Assembly (NCBI GenBank): GCA_034660555.1 | Contig: JAYEJL010000046.1 | Span: forward strand, 1-17,277 | Direction of reading: 5' to 3' | DNA length: 17,277 nucleotides | Source: Thermotogota bacterium | GTDB taxonomy: Bacteria > Thermotogota > Thermotogae > Petrotogales > Kosmotogaceae | In this document: positions 1 through 9,498 of the stretch, one piece after another | Layout: the number at the start of each line of letters is the position of its first letter | Numbering within the stretch: position 1 is the first letter of the stretch | The notes under the pieces: model-generated | Seen by the model: the letters and a program-made list of their open reading frames with translations, nothing else | What the model was told of the DNA's origin: nothing | The model's database searches: none | Program-made: the position numbers and the translations under genes

Positions 1-153
1 ATTCAACCATCTTTTGCTAAGTTGATAGGGGACTATCCTACCTACATCATCACCATCAAAGAATGCAAAAACTTGTTTTATTGTTGAATGTATTTGGTTT
101 ATCAATGAAGTTTTCTCAACACCTGGTGCTGAGTTAAGGATAAATACTCTCAT
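1..153 (-). CDS. 5' part of a P-loop kinase/AAA-like protein (runs off window edge)
   Basis: Not in ORF track. ATG at 153 with GGAGAG RBS (159-164). Open to base 1: MRVFILNSAPGVEKTSLINQIHSTIKQVFAFFDGDDVGRIVPYQLSKRWLN. Beta-strand + Walker-A-like SAPGVEKT + hhDGDD resembles small nucleotide kinases. Confidence 0.65.
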   Translation of the reverse strand, partial: MRVFILNSAPGVEKTSLINQIHSTIKQVFAFFDGDDVGRIVPYQLSKRWLN

Positions 154-281
154 ATTATCTCTCCACAATGACTGTAAAATACATATGAAGTGAACATTAG
201 ACTTTATTGGTTATAATACTATTGTATTATACATTTCTTGTTATCATACAATCAGAGAAAAAACTTCATAGGGGGTAAAAA

Positions 282-1034
282 ATGAGAATCGAAGATGGTA
301 GATATTTTTTGAGTAACCGTTTATGGGATGAACATGGTGAGTTTATTCCTGATCAAAAGAAAGGTGTGGAACGCCCTCCTTTTGAGAAGGGTTTTTCAGA
401 GGATGCTAGTTTAATTGACCTTCCTGATCCACATGAAGTCGATCTGAAAGAAAGTAATTTCTTTAAAATAATTGAGGAAAGAAGAAGCAGAAGAAAATTC
501 ACGGATGAGAGTATTTTAATGAATGAGCTTTCTTTTCTTCTATGGATAACTCAAGGTGTGCAAAAGGTCATAAAGAATTATGTGACGCTCAGAACAGTAC
601 CTTCAGCTGGTGCAAGACATCCCTTTGAGACATATATTCATTCAAGAAGAGTAAGCGATTTAGATAATGGTATATATAGATACCTTCCTGTTGAGCACAA
701 GTTAGTTGAAGAGCAAAAAGGTGATTTCACAGATAAAATAATTGATGGAGTAATTGGACAGAAATTCGTTGGTGAGTGTGCTGTAACTTTCATATGGACT
801 GTTTTGCCATATAGAACTGAGTGGAGATACGATGTATTTTCACATAAAATGATAGCAATAGATGCAGGTCATATTATGCAGAATTTATATCTTGGTTGTG
901 AAAGTTTAGGACTTGGAACATGTGCCATAGGGGCTTACAGTGGTAAAGGAATGGATAACGTTGTGAATGTAGATGGTAAAGATGAATTCGTCATATATAT
1001 GGCACCAGTGGGTCATACTGCAAGAAAGGTCTGA
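282..1034 (+). CDS. SagB/ThcOx-family (nitroreductase fold) dehydrogenase
   Basis: RRSRRKF FMN-binding motif, RTVPSAGARHPFETY, DAGHIMQNLYL, GLGTCAIGAY. GGGGG RBS at 271-275. Confidence 0.9.
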   Translation: MRIEDGRYFLSNRLWDEHGEFIPDQKKGVERPPFEKGFSEDASLIDLPDPHEVDLKESNFFKIIEERRSRRKFTDESILMNELSFLLWITQGVQKVIKNYVTLRTVPSAGARHPFETYIHSRRVSDLDNGIYRYLPVEHKLVEEQKGDFTDKIIDGVIGQKFVGECAVTFIWTVLPYRTEWRYDVFSHKMIAIDAGHIMQNLYLGCESLGLGTCAIGAYSGKGMDNVVNVDGKDEFVIYMAPVGHTARKV

Positions 1035-1071
1035 TATAATGATTTCAAGAAAAATATAAGGAGATGGAGTA

Positions 1072-1596
1072 ATGGAGTTCTTTGAACTTGGCACTATAGG
1101 AATGATGGGGTATTTGGGCTATGGTGTTGTGATACTCATAGGGATTATATTGCTGGTTTCACTATTCCTTACTTCAGGTAAAAAGCGTATTTATGTTTCT
1201 GTTTTTCTGGCAGGAATGCTAGTTTTTATGTATGTACTTCTCATTTATGGTCCTTCCAAATCTGGAGTAGTTGTGAATAGTGACAGTCTTGTTGTAAGAA
1301 TTTCTGCTTTTAGAGAATTTACTGTTAATAGAGAAGATATCAAAGATATGTTTGTTGTTGATCTGAATGAGGATGATCAATACAGACCAAGTTTGAAAAC
1401 ATTTGGTACAGCAGTTGGCGATTATAGGACCGGTAATTTCAGATTGAAAAATGGAGAAAGCGCAAGATTTGTTGCCAATGGAAACAATGTCCTTGTTATT
1501 GAACTTGAGGATTCCTATGCCATCCTGGCTCCGAAGGATTTTGAAAACTTTATGGGAATAATGAATAATAATTTTGGATTATTCTTTAATAACTAA
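1072..1596 (+). CDS. Membrane-anchored bacterial PH-domain protein
   Basis: Two N-terminal hydrophobic helices, then a beta-rich domain with KTFGTAVGDYRTGNFRLKNGE. GGAG RBS. Confidence 0.7.
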   Translation: MEFFELGTIGMMGYLGYGVVILIGIILLVSLFLTSGKKRIYVSVFLAGMLVFMYVLLIYGPSKSGVVVNSDSLVVRISAFREFTVNREDIKDMFVVDLNEDDQYRPSLKTFGTAVGDYRTGNFRLKNGESARFVANGNNVLVIELEDSYAILAPKDFENFMGIMNNNFGLFFNN

Positions 1597-1650
1597 AAAG
1601 TACTTCTTTGTTCTTTAAGCCTTTAAGATAATTACAGGTATATTTTTTTG

Positions 1651-1687
1651 ATGGTGGTATTCAGTTAATTGAATTGAATACCACCAT
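1651..1687. terminator. Long stem-loop downstream of the 282-1596 gene pair, probable terminator
   Basis: Perfect 13-bp inverted repeat ATGGTGGTATTCA (1651-1663)/TGAATACCACCAT (1675-1687). The U-tract after it is weak. Confidence 0.55.
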
Positions 1688-1889
1688 TGTATCTTCTAAA
1701 GTTTTTCTCTTTTTGCAAAGTTTTTCTTGAATTTTGATCAAGAATTTATGATTTTAAAGATTCTCAAACAACTGTCTAATTTTTGCTGCAAAAAAGAGTT
1801 AATTAGCTTTTATTAGATTAAATTCTTGCTAATTATAACAGATAGTATTTCATTTTTTGGAGTTGAATGTTATATCATTCATATAGAAG

Positions 1890-1915
1890 ATTATTTGTTT
1901 CTGACATAAATTAAT
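1890..1915. promoter_or_regulatory. Candidate ROK-family operator
   Basis: Imperfect palindrome ATTATTTGTTTCTGACATAAATTAAT between a possible -10 (TATCAT 1873-1878) and the GAGGTG RBS (1918-1923). Confidence 0.4.
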
Positions 1916-1928
1916 TAGAGGTGTTTCT

Positions 1929-3125
1929 GTGAACTACCAGAAATTGAATGTAGAAGCAGTTGGTATATCTAACAAAAAACTGGTTCTGAATTTAATCAGA
2001 AAAGGCGAAATCACTAGAAGAGACATTTCGAAAATTTCTGGTTTGAATCCAAGCACTGTAACAAAGATTGTAAAATTTCTTATTGATTCAAATTTATGTT
2101 TTGAAATAGGTAGAAAAAAATCGAAAAATTCCGTTGGCAGGAAAGCGATAAATCTTTCGGTTAATCCAAAAGCTTATCAGTCATTAATTGTGAGAATAGG
2201 TGTTCAGAAAACTGAAATAGGAAGAGGATTCTTCGATGGGAGCGTTGAAATTCTCGAAACAATAAGAAGCACAACAAATATTGCAGACTTCGTCTCTAAA
2301 GTCAAGACGGTTTCAGATAAAATCACTGAATCAATACCAGAAAGAAATTTTCTTGGTGTGAGTGTTTCTGTGCCGGGTATGGTTGACACAGAACGTGCTT
2401 TTATAATCGATGTACCCCATTTAGGATGGAAAAACCTGTATGTTAGGGATTATGTTGTTACAGATAAAAAAGGTTTGTTTTTAGATAACGAAGCCAATCT
2501 TTCTTTAATTGCGGAATCCTGGAAAAATCCATCAATTGATGGTTTGAAGAATGTGGTATTTTTGTATCTTTCAGAAGGTATTGGTTGTGGAATTATGATT
2601 GATGGAAATATCTACAGAGGTAATACATATTCAGCAGCTGAATTTGGTCATATGTCTATTGAGCAGGATGGTCCACAGTGTTATTGTGGGAATTCCGGGT
2701 GTTGGGAGGCGCTGGCATCTACGGAAGCTTTTGTGAAGAAATATAGAAGTGCTGGCGGCCATACTGAAGGCTCGAATTACAATGAGCAGTTTAGTCAGAT
2801 AATCAATAAAACTGGAAATGATGAATTAGCTAAAGAGAATTTGAAAAGAGAAGAAGAGCTACTTGCGATTGGAATAGTGAACATTGTTAACTCACTTAAC
2901 CCAGAAGCAGTAGTACTCGGTGGAATGGCCGGATCGTTATCGGAACAAAGCATAGAAAGAATTCAAAAGCTAGTTAATGACAGGGTTTTATATGCACTAA
3001 AGGACAAAATCAAGATTGTAAAAAGTCATCTAGATAAGGATGGAAAAATTGTTTCGCCCGGAGTGGGCGCTACATTAATGATAATAGACAGAAATATTCA
3101 AAAGATAATTTCTTTGAATTCTTAA
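1929..3125 (+). CDS. ROK-family transcriptional regulator (XylR/NagC-like)
   Basis: N-terminal HTH (ITRRDISKISGLNPSTVTKIV), DNEAN, GIGCGI, AEFGH and Zn motif CYCGNSGCWE. GTG start. Confidence 0.95.
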   Translation: MNYQKLNVEAVGISNKKLVLNLIRKGEITRRDISKISGLNPSTVTKIVKFLIDSNLCFEIGRKKSKNSVGRKAINLSVNPKAYQSLIVRIGVQKTEIGRGFFDGSVEILETIRSTTNIADFVSKVKTVSDKITESIPERNFLGVSVSVPGMVDTERAFIIDVPHLGWKNLYVRDYVVTDKKGLFLDNEANLSLIAESWKNPSIDGLKNVVFLYLSEGIGCGIMIDGNIYRGNTYSAAEFGHMSIEQDGPQCYCGNSGCWEALASTEAFVKKYRSAGGHTEGSNYNEQFSQIINKTGNDELAKENLKREEELLAIGIVNIVNSLNPEAVVLGGMAGSLSEQSIERIQKLVNDRVLYALKDKIKIVKSHLDKDGKIVSPGVGATLMIIDRNIQKIISLNS

Positions 3126-3145
3126 TAGATTAAGGAGGGAAATAT

Positions 3146-4318
3146 ATGATAGAAGGTAAGCTTTCTGGTTCAAAGGCAAAACTTACCTATGGACAGATAG
3201 GTGGTGGTCCTGGAGCGTTTATTGGACCTGTTCATAGAGCTGCGATAGCCATGAATGGTCAGGCAACTCTTGTTGCGGGTAGCTTTTCAAATATTTATGA
3301 AGAAACGCTTGAAACAGCAAAAGAATTGGGAATCAGTGATGATAGAACCTACAAAACCTTTCAGGAAATGGCAGAAAAAGAGGCTGAAAGAGATGATTGC
3401 ATTGACTTCGTATCGATAACCGTACCCAACCACTTGCATTTTCAAGTTGCCAGAGCGTTTCTGGAAAAGGGGATAAATATTGTTTGTGATAAACCGCTAT
3501 GTTTTTCCATTGAGGAAGCCAAAGAGCTAGTTGAGCTAGCTCGCGAGAAAAATGTTGAATTTATGGTCACATACACATACACAGGTTATCCAATGATCCG
3601 CGAAGCTCGATCACTTGTGGAATCAGGAGAACTGGGAGATATTAGGGCAATAGTTGCCGAGTATCCTCAAGACTGGCTTGCTGATCCCATTGAAAGGACC
3701 GGGCAACAACAGGCATCCTGGAGAACCGATCCAAGATACGCTGGTATTTCTAATTGTGTAGGAGATATTGGAACGCACATTGAAAACTTAGTTCATTTTG
3801 TAACCAAACAGGAAATTAACAAACTATCTGCAAGACTCGAAACCTTTGTTGAAGGGAGAAAGCTTGATGATAACGCATACATCCTTCTTCAGTACGAATC
3901 GGGTGCTTCTGGTAATTATTGGGCTTCTCAGGTAGCGGTAGGTTATGAAAATGGGCTTAAATTGAGAATTTTTGGCTCGGAAGGTTCACTTGAATGGTTC
4001 CAGGAAGAACCCAACAAACTCTTTTTCACCAAGAAAGGAAAACCAAAACAGATTTTAACAAGAGCATCAGGTTACCTTCATGAAAATGCACAAGCTTTTT
4101 CAAGATTACCAGCTGGTCATCCGGAAGGGTATTTTGAAGCTTTTGCCAATTTGTACAGAGCTTATTGCGACAAATTGATAGCTAAAAAAGAGAATACAGA
4201 ATCAAAAGAAATATTTACCGATGTTATCGATGGAGCTCGTGGTGTGAAATTTGTGCATGATTGTGTTGAGAGTAGCAATAAGAACTCAGCTTGGATAGAT
4301 GTGTCATTCAATATGTAG
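3146..4318 (+). CDS. Gfo/Idh/MocA family NAD(P)-dependent oxidoreductase
   Basis: GGGPGAFIGPVH Rossmann start, ITVPNHLH, CDKP, GDIGTH, GHPEGY. AAGGAGG RBS. Confidence 0.93.
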   Translation: MIEGKLSGSKAKLTYGQIGGGPGAFIGPVHRAAIAMNGQATLVAGSFSNIYEETLETAKELGISDDRTYKTFQEMAEKEAERDDCIDFVSITVPNHLHFQVARAFLEKGINIVCDKPLCFSIEEAKELVELAREKNVEFMVTYTYTGYPMIREARSLVESGELGDIRAIVAEYPQDWLADPIERTGQQQASWRTDPRYAGISNCVGDIGTHIENLVHFVTKQEINKLSARLETFVEGRKLDDNAYILLQYESGASGNYWASQVAVGYENGLKLRIFGSEGSLEWFQEEPNKLFFTKKGKPKQILTRASGYLHENAQAFSRLPAGHPEGYFEAFANLYRAYCDKLIAKKENTESKEIFTDVIDGARGVKFVHDCVESSNKNSAWIDVSFNM

Positions 4319-4329
4319 GAGGTGTTTAG

Positions 4330-5313
4330 ATGAGACATGTAACAATATTTACAGGACAATGGGCTGACATGCCCTTTGAAGAAATTTGTAAAAAAGCATC
4401 CGAATGGGGATATGATGGACTTGAAATAGCGTGCTGGGGTGATCATCTAGATGTAAAAAAAGCAGCTAGTGATGATGGTTATGTAAGAGAACGAAAAGAA
4501 ATTTTAGAAAAGAACAATCTAAAAACATGGGCCATTGGTAACCATCTCGCAGGACAGCTTGTAGCTAGCAGAAACACGAAGAGATTCAAAGCTTTTGCAC
4601 CAAAAGAGGTTCATGATAACCCAGAAAAAATGAGAAAATGGGCTATCGATGAAATGAAGGCAACGGCTGCTGCTGCAAAGAACATGGGGGTCAAAGTTGT
4701 CACAGGTTTCACCGGTTCCCCGATTTGGGAAGCCTGGTATTCATTCCCACCTGTTAGTCAGGAATTTGTTGATGAAGGCTTTCAATATGTAGCTGATTTA
4801 TGGAATCCAATTCTTGATGTTTTTGAGAAGAATGGAATTAAATTTGCTTTAGAAGTTCACCCAACAGAGATCGCATTTGATATATATTCTGCAAAGAAGC
4901 TTCTGGAATATATAGATCGAGAATCGTTTGGTTTTAACTTCGATCCCAGTCACCTTTACTGGCAGGGAATAGATTCTCACCACTTTATTTATGAATTCGC
5001 AAAAAAGATCTACCACGTTCACATGAAAGATGCCATGTTAAATCTTGACGGAAAGACGGGAATTCTTGGTTCTCATATAACATTTGGAGATGCAAGAAGA
5101 GGCTGGAATTTTGTATCACTGGGACATGGTGGAGTAGACTTTGAAATGATAATTCGTGCCCTTAATGATATAGGTTATCAAGGTCCACTTTCGGTGGAAT
5201 GGGAAGATTCAGGTATGGATCGCGAATTTGGAGCAAAAGAAGCTCTTGAATTTGTCAGAAATGTCGATTTTCCAAAGTCAGGATTGGCCTTTGATGATTC
5301 TATGAAAAAATAA
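4330..5313 (+). CDS. Sugar phosphate isomerase/epimerase family (xylose-isomerase-like TIM barrel, IolE-like)
   Basis: FTGQWAD, GYDGLEIACW, and metal-ligand motifs ALEVHP, FDPSH, HVHMKD, SVEWED. AGGAGG RBS. Confidence 0.9.
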   Translation: MRHVTIFTGQWADMPFEEICKKASEWGYDGLEIACWGDHLDVKKAASDDGYVRERKEILEKNNLKTWAIGNHLAGQLVASRNTKRFKAFAPKEVHDNPEKMRKWAIDEMKATAAAAKNMGVKVVTGFTGSPIWEAWYSFPPVSQEFVDEGFQYVADLWNPILDVFEKNGIKFALEVHPTEIAFDIYSAKKLLEYIDRESFGFNFDPSHLYWQGIDSHHFIYEFAKKIYHVHMKDAMLNLDGKTGILGSHITFGDARRGWNFVSLGHGGVDFEMIIRALNDIGYQGPLSVEWEDSGMDREFGAKEALEFVRNVDFPKSGLAFDDSMKK

Positions 5314-5325
5314 TAGGAGGAGCTT

Positions 5326-6831
5326 ATGGATGACGTTATCCTGAAAACAGTTGATATCTCAAAAGAATTCTCTGGAATTAGGGTTTTGGACAGGATAAAC
5401 GTTGAAATAGAAAAAGGAGAAATTTTTGGGATTATCGGTGAAAATGGAGCCGGAAAATCAACTTACGTAAAGATAATAAGTGGAATTTATGTTCCAACGG
5501 AAGGTCAAGTTTTCCTTGAGGGTAAAGCTGTCAGCATAAGTGATCCAATAACTGCAAAAAATCTGGGCATTACAATGATACCTCAAGAATTTAATCTAAT
5601 TAGTGATTTAAATGTTTACGAAAACGTTTTTTTAGGTGTCGAAAGAAGTAGGAGAAAATTGATTTTGGATTCGAAAAACATGGCGAAAATAACCCAGGAA
5701 ATGCTTGATGAATTAGAAGCGAATATTTCACCTTATGATAAGATCCAGGATCTCAGTGTAGCAGAAAACCAAATGGTTGAAGTTGCCAAAGCGATGGTAC
5801 ACGAATCAAAGCTTCTTATCATGGATGAACCAACCACAGTTCTAACACCAAAAGAAATTGACATATTATTCAATTTGATGAGGAAGCTAAAGGAACGTGG
5901 CATAACCACTATATATATTTCTCATAAACTAAACGAGATCAAAAGAATTTGTGACAGAGTAATGATTCTTAGAGATGGGAAGCAAATAAGTGTAGGGCCC
6001 ACTGAAGAGCTTAATGAACATGAAATGGCCAAGAGAATGGTTGGAAGAGAGTTGAACCAGATCTTTCCTGAAAAACCTATGCCAGAAGATGAAGTAGTTT
6101 TGGAAGTAGAAGGTTTAACAAATGAGGATTTTTTTCAGGATGTCAGTTTTGATCTCAAGAAAAAAGAAATTCTGGGATTCTCTGGTTTGGTAGGTGCGGG
6201 CAGAACTGAACTAGCTGAGGCTATTATTAGAATAAGAAAGATTGATGAAGGCCTTATAAGAGCCTGGGGAAAAGAGGTAAAGATAAAATCACCAGAAGAT
6301 GCTTTGGATCAAAATATTGCTTATCTATCTGAAGATAGACAAGGTATAGGAATTCTCACCAATTTTGATATCTCACAAAATGTAACGTTATCATCATTAA
6401 AAAAATACACTAAATTCTTGATCAATAGTAAAAAAGTAAGACAAAACACCGAAAAATATGTAAAAGAGCTGAATATCAAAGCTGCTTCTTTAAGGTCACA
6501 ACTTGAGTTTTTCAGTGGTGGCAATCAACAAAAGGTTTCTCTAGCAAAGTGTTTAGATATTGATCCCAAAATACTCATACTCGATGAACCGACCAGAGGA
6601 ATAGACGTTAATGCAAAAAGAGAAATCTATTATATAATCCGTGATCTTGTTAAAGAAGGAGTTTCGGTAATACTGATTTCTTCAGAAATGGAAGAAATAA
6701 TTGGTTTGTGTAACAGAGTAGTGGTAATGAAGGAAGGAAGAATAACCGGTGTTCTTGAAGGTGATCACATAAACGAGGAAGAAATTATGTATCACGCCAC
6801 AGGTTTGAAGGGAGCTGTTCAAAATGCCTAA
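5326..6831 (+). CDS. Sugar ABC transporter ATP-binding protein (RbsA/MglA type, two ABC domains)
   Basis: GENGAGKST, MDEPT, FSGGNQQKV, LDEPTRGIDV. Confidence 0.96.
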   Translation: MDDVILKTVDISKEFSGIRVLDRINVEIEKGEIFGIIGENGAGKSTYVKIISGIYVPTEGQVFLEGKAVSISDPITAKNLGITMIPQEFNLISDLNVYENVFLGVERSRRKLILDSKNMAKITQEMLDELEANISPYDKIQDLSVAENQMVEVAKAMVHESKLLIMDEPTTVLTPKEIDILFNLMRKLKERGITTIYISHKLNEIKRICDRVMILRDGKQISVGPTEELNEHEMAKRMVGRELNQIFPEKPMPEDEVVLEVEGLTNEDFFQDVSFDLKKKEILGFSGLVGAGRTELAEAIIRIRKIDEGLIRAWGKEVKIKSPEDALDQNIAYLSEDRQGIGILTNFDISQNVTLSSLKKYTKFLINSKKVRQNTEKYVKELNIKAASLRSQLEFFSGGNQQKVSLAKCLDIDPKILILDEPTRGIDVNAKREIYYIIRDLVKEGVSVILISSEMEEIIGLCNRVVVMKEGRITGVLEGDHINEEEIMYHATGLKGAVQNA

Positions 6832-7780
6832 GAGAAGGATTGAATATGAAAAGTATGGAGCGTTATTTGCTCTTGCAGCACTTTTCATTATTTCATCATT
6901 TGCAAGTCCTTATTTCTTGCAGGTACAGAATATTCTTAATATATTACGTCAGATATCTTATACGGGAATCATTGCACTTGGAATGACATTTGTAATTATC
7001 TCGGGGGGCATTGACCTGTCAGTTGGCTCAATGACTGCATTGGTTGGTGGAGTTACTATAATGACCCTAAATGGCACAATGTCCAGTTTGGGCGAAGCAC
7101 AGGCAATAATACTGGCATGTGTTGTTGCAGTGCTTTTTGGTGCTGCTCTTGGTGCTGCAAATGGAATTCTTGTTTCTAAAGGAGGTATAGCTCCTTTCAT
7201 TGTTACGCTTGGTACCATGTCAATATTCAGATCTCTTACTCTCTATATAGGAGAGGCAGGAGAGTTCAGATCGAGCAGCTATATGTATCCGGAACTTGGT
7301 ATGGGACGATTTTTGGGTGTTCCGATACCAGTATGGGTATTTATAGGAATGGCATTATTGTATAGCTTAATTCTTCGAAAAACGAGGTATGGAAGATATA
7401 CCTGTGCTGTCGGATCCAATGAAAAAGTTGCTAAATATTCTGCAATTAAAACAAATCTAATAAAATTTATGTCATATACCCTTGTAGGTGCTTCGGTAGG
7501 TGTGACAGCGATTTTCCTCTCATCCCGATTAAATTCAATTAGTTCAACCAATGCTGGAAACGGATACGAGTTGGATGCGATTGCAGCTGTCATAATTGGT
7601 GGAACATCCCTGGCAGGTGGAAGTGGAGCAATATGGGGAACAGTTATTGGAGCAATAATACTGGGAATAATAAACAATATGCTAAATATGCTGGGAGTTT
7701 CGCCATACTTGCAGGGAACTGTTAAAGGGTTGGTTATCATAGGTGCTGTATTAATTCAAAGAGGAAGAAGAAATAAATAA
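6824..7780 (+). CDS. Sugar ABC transporter permease (RbsC type)
   Basis: GGIDLSVGS, PFIVTLG, YELDAIAAVIIGG, multiple TM helices. Overlaps the ATPase gene by 8 nt. Confidence 0.95.
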   Translation: MPKRRIEYEKYGALFALAALFIISSFASPYFLQVQNILNILRQISYTGIIALGMTFVIISGGIDLSVGSMTALVGGVTIMTLNGTMSSLGEAQAIILACVVAVLFGAALGAANGILVSKGGIAPFIVTLGTMSIFRSLTLYIGEAGEFRSSSYMYPELGMGRFLGVPIPVWVFIGMALLYSLILRKTRYGRYTCAVGSNEKVAKYSAIKTNLIKFMSYTLVGASVGVTAIFLSSRLNSISSTNAGNGYELDAIAAVIIGGTSLAGGSGAIWGTVIGAIILGIINNMLNMLGVSPYLQGTVKGLVIIGAVLIQRGRRNK

Positions 7781-7820
7781 ACCCCTCAGGGGTTCATAAT
7801 CCAAATGGAGGTGACTTAAC

Positions 7821-8780
7821 GTGAAAAAGGTTTTAGCATTGTTAATGATTTTTAGCTTTATTTTCGCTGGTTTTGCAATGGCGGAAAACTACAAAATTGG
7901 TGTAGCCATCCCCAGTGCTGATCATGGCTGGACTGGTGGCATTGTCTGGTGGGCAAGAGAAGCAATAGCAGACTGGGAAGATAAGACAGATAATATTGAA
8001 TTTTTCCTGACTACTGCTCGTTCCCCAGCGGAACAGGTTAGTGATGTTGAAGATCTTATGATCAGAAGAATCGATGCCCTTGTAATTCTTGCGCATGATT
8101 CTGCTCCACTAACACCTATTGTCAAAGAAGCTTATAACAGAGGTATTTACGTTGTTTCTGTTGACAGAGGTTTGATAGAACCAGTTCAGGATGTTTATAT
8201 TGCTGGAGATAACCCGGGATTGGGTAGAAATTCCGCACAGTGGCTTGCAGAAGAAATGAACTATAACGGAAAAATAGTGGTTCTCGAAGGTATTCCATGT
8301 GTTATTAATACTGAAAGAGTCGATGCCTTCATGGAAGTAATGGAACAGTATCCAGACATTGAAATTCTTGATTCGCAACCTGCATACTGGTCAACACAAA
8401 GAGGACTCGAAATTATGGAAAACTATCTCCAGAAGTACCCTGAAATTGACGCTGTTTGGGCACAGGATGACGATGTTCTAAAAGGTGTTCTTCAGGCTTA
8501 CAGAGAATCTGGAAGAAATGATATTGATATCATGCTTGGTGGAGCTGGAAGTAAGGACATAATCAAGATGATCATCGATGGAAACCCATTGGTAAGAGCC
8601 GATGTAACATACCCTCCATCAATGATTGCATCAGGAATTACACTTGCTGTTTATGGTGTTCAGGGTAAACCAATCCCTGGTTTCTATCAGGGTAAGATTC
8701 CATCTGAAATTATTCTTGCAGCTGAGCTAGTTACAAGAGAAAACGCAGAAGAATACTACTATCCTAATTCACCATTCTAA
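7821..8780 (+). CDS. Sugar ABC transporter substrate-binding protein (RbsB type)
   Basis: Signal peptide ending AMA, VVSVDR, GDN, VWAQDDD. GGAGGTG RBS and GTG start. Confidence 0.93.
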   Translation: MKKVLALLMIFSFIFAGFAMAENYKIGVAIPSADHGWTGGIVWWAREAIADWEDKTDNIEFFLTTARSPAEQVSDVEDLMIRRIDALVILAHDSAPLTPIVKEAYNRGIYVVSVDRGLIEPVQDVYIAGDNPGLGRNSAQWLAEEMNYNGKIVVLEGIPCVINTERVDAFMEVMEQYPDIEILDSQPAYWSTQRGLEIMENYLQKYPEIDAVWAQDDDVLKGVLQAYRESGRNDIDIMLGGAGSKDIIKMIIDGNPLVRADVTYPPSMIASGITLAVYGVQGKPIPGFYQGKIPSEIILAAELVTRENAEEYYYPNSPF

Positions 8781-8798
8781 TCTAGGTTAAATATGGTT

Positions 8799-8829
8799 AA
8801 AACCGGAGAGTTTATCTCTCCGGTTTTTT
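8799..8829 (+). terminator. Rho-independent terminator of the sugar operon
   Basis: AAAACCGGAGAG-TTTAT-CTCTCCGGTTTTTT. Confidence 0.9.
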
Positions 8830-8893
8830 ATGTATTACCACATATGTTTTATAATATGTTAGTTAAGACTTTACGTTAATCGAGGAGTATATT

Positions 8894-8986
8894 TTGAGAG
8901 TAATAAGGTTAATTATTGGAATTTTATTGTTTTTATTAATAGTGCTTTTGTTTAATCTTGGATTATCTCCTTATATTAATTTCTAA
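8894..8986 (+). CDS. Putative 30-aa single-TM small protein (or gene remnant)
   Basis: GAGGAG (8882-8887), then TTG start: MRVIRLIIGILLFLLIVLLFNLGLSPYINF*. Confidence 0.35.
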   Translation: MRVIRLIIGILLFLLIVLLFNLGLSPYINF

Positions 8987-9127
8987 CAGTATTTGATTAT
9001 CTTTTCTAGATGATGGCTTTTAGTATTCATTTATTACCATTAGTTTGGTTAGAACGGACCACAAAAGCTCTCATTAGTTTAATCATAACATTCATTTGCG
9101 TTAGAATTTCTTTAGGGAGAGGTTTCT

Positions 9128-9466
9128 TTGAGAGCTTATTGTGGAATAGAATGTCTTGAATGTCCTGTTTTTATTGCCACACAACTAAATGACGAAAAAT
9201 TGAGAGAAGAAACTGCCGAAAAATGGGGAGAAGATTTCGGACTTGATTTGAATCCTAAAGATCTGGTTTGTGATGGTTGCCAATCAGAGAGAGTGTTTTA
9301 TTTTTGTAAATCCTGTCCTTTTATAGCTTGTTGTAAAGAAAAAGGGATAAAAAATTGTGGGGAGTGTGAGGATTATCCCTGTGAGCAGTTGGATAGATTT
9401 TTGAAGCCTTTGCCCGATGCAAGAGCCTATCTCGATAAGATTCATAAAAGGGTATTTGAAAAATAA
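9128..9466 (+). CDS. DUF3795-type Cys-rich (metal-binding) protein
   Basis: AYCGIECLECP, CDGC, CKSCPFIACC, CGECEDYPC. GGGAGAGG RBS and TTG start. Confidence 0.85.
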   Translation: MRAYCGIECLECPVFIATQLNDEKLREETAEKWGEDFGLDLNPKDLVCDGCQSERVFYFCKSCPFIACCKEKGIKNCGECEDYPCEQLDRFLKPLPDARAYLDKIHKRVFEK

Positions 9467-9489
9467 AAAATGCGCCCTTTTCGAGCGCA
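9459..9489 (-). terminator. Rho-independent terminator (minus strand)
   Basis: Minus strand TGCGCTC-GAAAA-GGGCGCA followed by TTTTTTATTTTT. Confidence 0.7.
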
Positions 9490-9498
9490 CCAATAATA

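Noticed and set aside
282..1034. Thiazole/oxazole RiPP cluster
   Set aside because: No YcaO or precursor peptide nearby. Stand-alone SagB-type genes are common.
906..8378. Short minus-strand ORFs over the left-hand genes
   Set aside because: They are antisense shadows of well-supported CDSs.
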